From: Armatimonadota bacterium
GTDB lineage: Bacteria > Armatimonadota > Fimbriimonadia > Fimbriimonadales > Fimbriimonadaceae
Assembly (NCBI GenBank): GCA_031400935.1
Contig: JANNQV010000022.1
Location: 1 to 64,000 of the forward strand
Reading direction: 5' to 3'
Length of the DNA: 64,000 bases
Shown: positions 58,715 through 64,000 of the stretch, in pieces
How the letters are laid out: every line of letters begins with the position of its first letter
Position numbering within the stretch: position 1 is the first letter of the stretch
The notes under the pieces: generated by a model
What the model was told of the DNA's origin: nothing
The model's input: only the letters and a program-made list of their open reading frames with translations
The model's database searches: none
Program-made: the position numbers and the translations under genes

Positions 58715-59377
58715 ATGGCCACGACCATTCGTGTCGTCGTCGCCGACGACGAAGCCCCTTACCGGAGTGCAATTCAGCGAACCCTCCAGCTCATGCCCGA
58801 GGTGGAGCTTCTTGGCGTTTGCAAAGATGGGCAAGAAGCACTCGATCTTTGCTTATCTGATCCGCCAGACGTTCTGCTTACAGACGTGAATATGCCGCGC
58901 ATGACGGGCATTGAGCTCATGAGAAGGCTTTTGCGTCAAGAAAAAGAAGTTCAGGTCGTCGTACTTACAATTCAAGAAGACGAAGATACTATTTTTGATG
59001 CTTTTCGAGCAGGTGCTATTGGATATTTGCTAAAAACCTCAACTCCAGCCGAAATCGTTGAAGCCATTCGTCTTGCACAGCGAGGCGAAGCAAAAGTGAC
59101 GCCAAAAATTGCTGCAAAGCTGATTCAAGATTTCCGGCGTACATCGGAAGATGACGACATTGAAGACGGAGAGCTTTTCGTTCTTAGCGACAGAGAATCT
59201 GAAATCTTAGATTTGATTGCAAAAGGACTCCGAAACAAAGAAATTGCTTCGCAGCTTGGCATCGCAGAAAAGACCGTCAAAAACCATGTTAGCAATATCC
59301 TCAAAGCTTTGCAGGTCAATAGCCGAACCGAAGCAGCCATGAAAGCGGTGAAGGCAAAGCTGGTTGACAGGTCATAA
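58715..59377 (+). CDS. NarL/LuxR-family response regulator
   Basis: VADDE, LTDVNMP, GYLLK; LSDRE..GLRNKEIA..TVKNHVSNI. Confidence 0.95.
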   Translation: MATTIRVVVADDEAPYRSAIQRTLQLMPEVELLGVCKDGQEALDLCLSDPPDVLLTDVNMPRMTGIELMRRLLRQEKEVQVVVLTIQEDEDTIFDAFRAGAIGYLLKTSTPAEIVEAIRLAQRGEAKVTPKIAAKLIQDFRRTSEDDDIEDGELFVLSDRESEILDLIAKGLRNKEIASQLGIAEKTVKNHVSNILKALQVNSRTEAAMKAVKAKLVDRS

Positions 59378-59378
59378 A

Positions 59379-59954
59379 ATGAGTTTTTGGGATGAAGGGC
59401 CAAGCAAGACTGTTCGAACGCTCATATTTGTATGTATCGGTTGTGTATTGCCTAGCGTCGTTTTGGGACCGTTGTTTGCCGCGGTTCTAACTGTCTCAGA
59501 AGAGCAGACCGACGGTCGCTACGGCTCCATTTGTCTGAGCCGACTTCGAGTTATCGGCCAAGCAATGAGCATGTACGGCGAAGACAACGACGGACGTTTT
59601 CCAATTGCAAAATCGTGGATTGATTCCACTTTTCATTACATTCTAAAGGATGATCCAAAAAACGTTACTGAAAATCCGTATCAATGTCCGACGATTTCAA
59701 AGAAGCGAGTCGGAGACTACGGCTACTCGATGAACATCATTTACAGCAGCGAAGAGCTAGTTAAGTTCAAAGAAACGGGCCACACAGCGGAACCGTTGAT
59801 ATTCGACGCTGACGAAGTCGGGCGCAACGCTCATTCCACGCTCAAATCACTCTCCTTGCCGCCACGGCACGGAGAGGGCAAGATCAACAACAGCTTGTAT
59901 CCCGATCTGTCGGCAAAGACTGCGCCGCCTAGGTTTCCGGAACAAACAAGATAG
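59379..59954 (+). CDS. Membrane-anchored pilin-like (DUF1559-like) protein lacking the prepilin cleavage motif
   Basis: TM then CLSRLRVIGQAMSMY..DNDGRFP, YQCP, YSMN, RHG..NN..YPD. Confidence 0.6.
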   Translation: MSFWDEGPSKTVRTLIFVCIGCVLPSVVLGPLFAAVLTVSEEQTDGRYGSICLSRLRVIGQAMSMYGEDNDGRFPIAKSWIDSTFHYILKDDPKNVTENPYQCPTISKKRVGDYGYSMNIIYSSEELVKFKETGHTAEPLIFDADEVGRNAHSTLKSLSLPPRHGEGKINNSLYPDLSAKTAPPRFPEQTR

Positions 59955-60144
59955 CATTGTCGTCTCATTTCAAGGTCGAGAATAAATCATCGAACATTCT
60001 CTTTCCATGCTCGTCAAACGAAATAGACGCGCATGTCTTGACATCTATGTGGCCTGGGGGACGCTCTGATCACAATGTCGGTAAAAGGCAACGCGGATCT
60101 GTGCGGCGGGAGTTAACCCTGTCGCGCAGAGAGAGGAGCAAATT

Positions 60145-60660
60145 ATGCTAAAACGAATGTTGATTGTAGTCGGCGCAATTGTCGCCGCAGTAGCTATCGC
60201 CCAGGTTAACGGACGAGTTGTCGGTGCAGTTGGACGCGGTGCCGCTGGAAATGGCGAAGGCCGAGCTGGGCACTTTGCATTAGAAGTTAAGAAGTTTATG
60301 CGTGCTGGGAGCAATCATGCTGAGTATGCAGGCAGGTTTGAGTGGTCTGAGCTGTCTCAAGAGGCATCTCACCGTTTCATTATCACGATGGCACGGCCTG
60401 TAGCGGTTGGGGTCAATATGGAAACTCGCATTTGCGAATTCAACGGACCTGCACGGCTTAAAAGGCCAGGGCCTAACGGACCAGTCGTGATTGAAGGACG
60501 TTTGCAAGTTCGGGTCGCTGATCGCCGCCTACCAGGTGGTACTGGCGAACCAGACTTGATTAGGTGGCAATTCTTGTCGCCTGCACACAATTTAGATCTT
60601 CGTTTTGATGGCGCAGTCCGCGAAGGCGACATCCACGTGTTCGCACGAAACGGAAACTAG
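60145..60660 (+). CDS. Secreted beta-rich hypothetical protein
   Basis: GAGGAG SD; signal peptide ending AIA-Q; terminator downstream. Confidence 0.7.
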   Translation: MLKRMLIVVGAIVAAVAIAQVNGRVVGAVGRGAAGNGEGRAGHFALEVKKFMRAGSNHAEYAGRFEWSELSQEASHRFIITMARPVAVGVNMETRICEFNGPARLKRPGPNGPVVIEGRLQVRVADRRLPGGTGEPDLIRWQFLSPAHNLDLRFDGAVREGDIHVFARNGN

Positions 60661-60687
60661 ACTCTTAAGTAATCCTCACCAGACAAG

Positions 60688-60722
60688 AAAGCCCCGCCGA
60701 TTTTGGCGGGGCTTTTCGTTTT
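60688..60722 (+). terminator. Rho-independent terminator
   Basis: AAAGCCCCGCC-GATTTT-GGCGGGGCTTT followed by a T-rich tail. Confidence 0.8.
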
Positions 60723-60850
60723 AGGGTATGGGGTACTAGGGTATGGGGTTTAGGTTTTAGTAAGACTGGGTAGGACTATTTGGCCACATAAGGCAGTTAG
60801 GATAGTGGCATCTCCCTTTCAACGCAGTTTTACATGTCCAACCAGTCCTA
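60720..60850. repeat. Heptamer (GGGTATG)n array plus degenerate nonamer array
   Basis: GGGTATG GGGTACT AGGGTATG GGGTTTA; TAGGACT..TTAGGATAG..AGTCCTA. Confidence 0.6.
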
Positions 60851-61303
60851 CTTCGTCCCGCCGCCATTGCCTCCGCGGCCGCCTTGTCCAGGCTGCCCAG
60901 GTGTGCCCATCGGCATCAAGCTAGTTTGCCCGACAATTTTCAAATCTGCTTTGCTGACTTTGAAAATCGTGTTTCCTTGCAAAACATAGAGAAACATGTT
61001 GTCAATTTCCATGGCACTGGAACCGCCGCCGCCCATTCCGCCAGGGAATCCGCTTTGGCCTCCGCCAAATCCGCCACGTCCGCCTTGGCCTGGAGCAGGA
61101 ATTGCTCCGCCTTGGAAGCCGCCTTGTCCACCTTGACCGCCTTGGCCAAATCCGCCTTGTCCACCTTGACCGCCTTGGCCTCGTTGTTCGCCTTGTTGAT
61201 CAGCTGTTGATTGTGCGCCTGCCACGACGGCAAATGGAAGTGAAATTGCGATGAGTGAAGCAGCTGCGATAGCGGCTAAGCCGACTTTTTTTGTTACATG
61301 CAT
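60848..61303 (-). CDS. Secreted Gly/Gln-rich low-complexity protein (151 aa)
   Basis: ATG 61303 with GAGG SD; signal peptide; (GQG/GQGG)n with periodic Phe; short beta-like C-terminal module. Confidence 0.7.
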   Translation of the reverse strand: MHVTKKVGLAAIAAASLIAISLPFAVVAGAQSTADQQGEQRGQGGQGGQGGFGQGGQGGQGGFQGGAIPAPGQGGRGGFGGGQSGFPGGMGGGGSSAMEIDNMFLYVLQGNTIFKVSKADLKIVGQTSLMPMGTPGQPGQGGRGGNGGGTK

Positions 61304-61517
61304 GATATACCTCTGATAACACGCCGAATCTGCAGATACGGCGTTCCTACTTGCGAAGACGAAGGCGCAAGCTGTTAGTTCAACTTGCCCTTCTACTGAT
61401 AGAGGAGAATACTGCCCTCTTGAGAGGAAATTATGAGGTTTCAAACCTCATAACTCGCATGCAATACGAATCAAGCTAATTACTGATCGGAAAAGAAACG
61501 GGAAGTCCGGAATCTCA

Positions 61518-61659
61518 CGCAAAGGCGCTAAGATCGCAAAGAGGGAGATTTGCTAGACGTAAAGAGCGAATATTCAGGGTAACCGACGCGAAACTTGCGT
61601 TCTAAACGTCTTTTGAAGCCTTGAAATGAAGGCCAAGTTGAGCTTTGCGCCTTTGCGAG
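61518..61659. repeat. CGCAAAG inverted repeat family, degenerate copy
   Basis: CGCAAAGGCGCTAAGATCGCAAAG ... CTTTGCGCCTTTGCGAG. Confidence 0.65.
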
Positions 61660-61688
61660 CCATGAAATGGCCGTAGTGAGGAGGGTGA

Positions 61689-62588
61689 CTATTGGAACCC
61701 AATCCCATAGTGCTCGCAATACCTCTCAAACAACTTGTGCGCAGCTGGATAACAAGAATTGGGCGACAGGAAGTGCGGAAACTCGAAAGTGATGATCTTT
61801 TCAGCCACTTGCGCGGCAGTTTCCATCTTGAACCTCAAATTTCGCCAATCTGCTGGCGGAAACTTGATCGGCATGTCCCTATCAAAAGTCTCTAGATTCG
61901 ACCAGATTGTAACCCCGTACCGCTTGCCGATATCTCCAATCCCCCGAATGAAAGTGGGAAGCTCTTGATAATAGATTTGCCCATCTTGAAAGGCGCAAAT
62001 GTCGAAGGCGCCTTTCGTATCCGCGAAAACTCGCTCCCAATGCTCGAAAGATTCGTCTAGCGTCAGCGCGCTCTCTCCCGCCTGCTTTGCACCCTGCGGG
62101 TAAGGAGAAATGAGCACGGGTACGTCCTTTAGCTCTTTGCAGAATCGCCCGATCGAGTTGAAAAGTTCGATGATATGCGCGTCGTTTTTGCCCGTCTCGT
62201 GAGTCAAATACCATCCTTGAAAGCTCTTGTGGTGCCCATATCTCTCGACCGACTCTTCCAAAAACGGCTTGTTGAGGTCAACCTCTTTCCACCAACTTCT
62301 CCGCCACCAATGGAAGCCAGAATCGTAGGTGCCATAGAACACATTGAGGTTGTATTCATCGGCGAGCGAGAAGAACATCTCGCCAAGGTCATCGTAAACG
62401 GGCAATAAGTCCGGGAGTGATTTCGCCTGAAAAATGCATCGGTTCTTGTAACCTGAGCGGATGATGATCACGGTGTCAATTCCGATTTTGTTATAGAGGG
62501 TGAACTCTTTTCGCCAGTCTGCCTCACCCCAGTTCTGGCTAGGGATGTCGTGAGTGATCTCGTCGAGGAATGTGCCGGTGATGATCAT
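61689..62588 (-). CDS. DUF4434-family putative glycoside hydrolase
   Basis: ITGTFLDEITHDIP.QNWG..W, GIDTVI, SF.GWY..HE, FQDG, W.N.E.FDRDMP. Confidence 0.8.
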   Translation of the reverse strand: MIITGTFLDEITHDIPSQNWGEADWRKEFTLYNKIGIDTVIIIRSGYKNRCIFQAKSLPDLLPVYDDLGEMFFSLADEYNLNVFYGTYDSGFHWWRRSWWKEVDLNKPFLEESVERYGHHKSFQGWYLTHETGKNDAHIIELFNSIGRFCKELKDVPVLISPYPQGAKQAGESALTLDESFEHWERVFADTKGAFDICAFQDGQIYYQELPTFIRGIGDIGKRYGVTIWSNLETFDRDMPIKFPPADWRNLRFKMETAAQVAEKIITFEFPHFLSPNSCYPAAHKLFERYCEHYGIGFQ

Positions 62589-62589
62589 T

Positions 62590-62700
62590 TTTTAGGGGAT
62601 GGGGGATCGGGTTTTGAGGATAGGAAAGGACTGACAGGACATATTGGACAGACAGGTCATATTCGTCCTATAAGTCCTAAATGGCCTATTCTTCCTACGG
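62590..62700. repeat. Heptamer plus inverted nonamer (ATAGGAC / GTCCTAT) arrays
   Basis: AAGGACTGA CAGGACATA TTGGACAGA CAGGTCATA ... GTCCTATAA GTCCTAAAT GGCCTATT. Confidence 0.7.
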
Positions 62701-62738
62701 TTACTGCTCACTCAACCATTCTAAGCTAAACTGGCAAC

Positions 62739-64000
62739 ATGATCGGAACTCTGCTCCTACTGACGATTCTCGCCCCCCAAACAGCCTCGCCTGACCTTTC
62801 GGACACACTTTCTTGGCGGTGCATCGGCCCATTTCGAGGCGGGAGAACAGTTGGTGCTTGCGGTGTTCCACAGCAACCCTACACCTTTTACATAGGAGTG
62901 AATAACGGTGGGGTTTGGAAAACCAACGACGCAGGCAGAACCTGGAAGCCGATTTTTGACGATCAGCCGACGGGCTCCATCGGCGATGTAATGGTTGCGC
63001 CAAGCAACCCAAATATCATCTATGTCGGTTCTGGCGAGGGATTGCGCCGCCCAGATTTGAGCACGGGCGACGGAATGTACCGGTCGGATAACGCAGGCAA
63101 AACCTGGCGTCATATCGGTCTTCGTAACGCCAAGCAGGTCGGCGGAATCTGCGTAGATCCGAAAGAACCAAATCGGGTTTTTGTGGCATCGGTCGGCCAT
63201 CCATACGGACCAAACGCTGAAAGAGGCGTGTATCGAACCCTAGACGGTGGCAAGAATTGGAAAAAGGTGCTCGGACAAGGAGTTGACACCGGCGCGATCC
63301 AAGTGACAATTGACCCTAACAATCCCAAAGTCGTCTACGCGGACCTATGGGAATCAAGGCAAGGGCCTTGGGAAAATGGACAGTGGTCTGGTCCGGGTTC
63401 GGGAATGTTCAAATCCGTAGATGGTGGTGACAAATGGACCCGATTGGAAGGTGGTTTGCCCACTTTCGTTCAAGGATTAGGTCGAATCGGATTTGCGATT
63501 GCTCCTTCGAACTCGAAAGTGCTCTATGCGGCGGTGGATTCAGGCAATGCAAGTGGAATCTATCGTTCAAACGATGCTGGAACCTCTTGGACGCGAGTCA
63601 ATCAAGAGCGCAGGCTCCTTTCGCGAGGCGATGACTTTGCCGAGGTCAAAGTCCATCCCAAGAACCCCGAAACCATTTTTGTCGGTGACACCAGTTTTTA
63701 CAAATCAACGGATGGCGGCAAGAACTTTGTTTGCATCAAAGGCTCGCCAGGCGGGGATGACTACCACCGAGCTTGGATCAACCCAAACAACCCCGATATC
63801 ATCCTTACTGCCGCCGATCAAGGCGCTGCAGTGACTTTGAACGGAGGCGAGACTTGGAGCACTTGGTACAACCAGCCGACCGCCCAAATGTTCCATTGCG
63901 CGACGGACAATCAGATTCCGTACAACGTGTATGGAGGCCAGCAAGAAAGCGGCTCAGCGATGGTCAGCAGCCGAGGAAATGATGGCCAAATCACCTTCCG
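62739..64000 (+). CDS. BNR/Sortilin-VPS10-repeat glycosyl hydrolase-like protein, 3' end outside window
   Basis: Own translation of the 5' part: MIGTLLLLTILAPQ..WRCIGPFRGGR..GGVWKTNDAGRTWKPIFD..YVGSGE..GMYRSDNAGKTW; absent from the ORF track, consistent with no stop in the window. Confidence 0.9.
   Translation, partial: MIGTLLLLTILAPQTASPDLSDTLSWRCIGPFRGGRTVGACGVPQQPYTFYIGVNNGGVWKTNDAGRTWKPIFDDQPTGSIGDVMVAPSNPNIIYVGSGEGLRRPDLSTGDGMYRSDNAGKTWRHIGLRNAKQVGGICVDPKEPNRVFVASVGHPYGPNAERGVYRTLDGGKNWKKVLGQGVDTGAIQVTIDPNNPKVVYADLWESRQGPWENGQWSGPGSGMFKSVDGGDKWTRLEGGLPTFVQGLGRIGFAIAPSNSKVLYAAVDSGNASGIYRSNDAGTSWTRVNQERRLLSRGDDFAEVKVHPKNPETIFVGDTSFYKSTDGGKNFVCIKGSPGGDDYHRAWINPNNPDIILTAADQGAAVTLNGGETWSTWYNQPTAQMFHCATDNQIPYNVYGGQQESGSAMVSSRGNDGQITF

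Noticed and set aside
61304..61444. 47-aa N-terminal extension of ORF 60848..61444
   Set aside because: SD and signal peptide indicate ATG 61303; the extension crosses palindromic regulatory DNA
62701..63982. Several short ORFs at the window end
   Set aside because: All overlap the real + strand gene starting at 62739, which runs off the window
1..64000. Prophage, autonomous IS, defence system, rRNA/tRNA
   Set aside because: No integrase, transposase, phage, cas, reverse transcriptase or structural-RNA signature recognised by eye; a covariance-model scan was not possible

Overview
Gene-dense bacterial chromosome window of about 60 CDSs. The lineage is inferred, not measured: most likely Armatimonadota (Fimbriimonadaceae-like), based on [29 protein letters not shown] prepilin-like genes, a diderm Lpt cluster with DUF3084, and Firmicutes-like darA-holB and pdxS. 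Housekeeping genes (cca, fabI, purK, glyS, ribE, rnhC, tatD, pdxS, coaD, recN, holB, rlmN, lptB) are mixed with glycoside hydrolases, a tricorn protease, an ECF sigma/anti-sigma/RseB-like/DegP envelope-stress operon and several pilin-like proteins. I saw no rRNA, tRNA, CRISPR array or transposase. Notable unannotated signals: (1) a TAnnnT -10 box 5-8 nt before many start codons, suggesting pervasive leaderless transcription; (2) a monocistronic 64-aa basic protein resembling archaeal chromatin protein CC1; (3) several non-autonomous repeat families (REP/REPIN-like cassettes with covarying stems, a TIR-bounded MITE-like element, heptamer and nonamer arrays), one of which sits in frame inside a rhamnosidase gene; (4) a 50-aa lipoprotein coupled to a prepilin-like gene and absent from the ORF track. 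All product calls come from motif recognition; no database searches were run.
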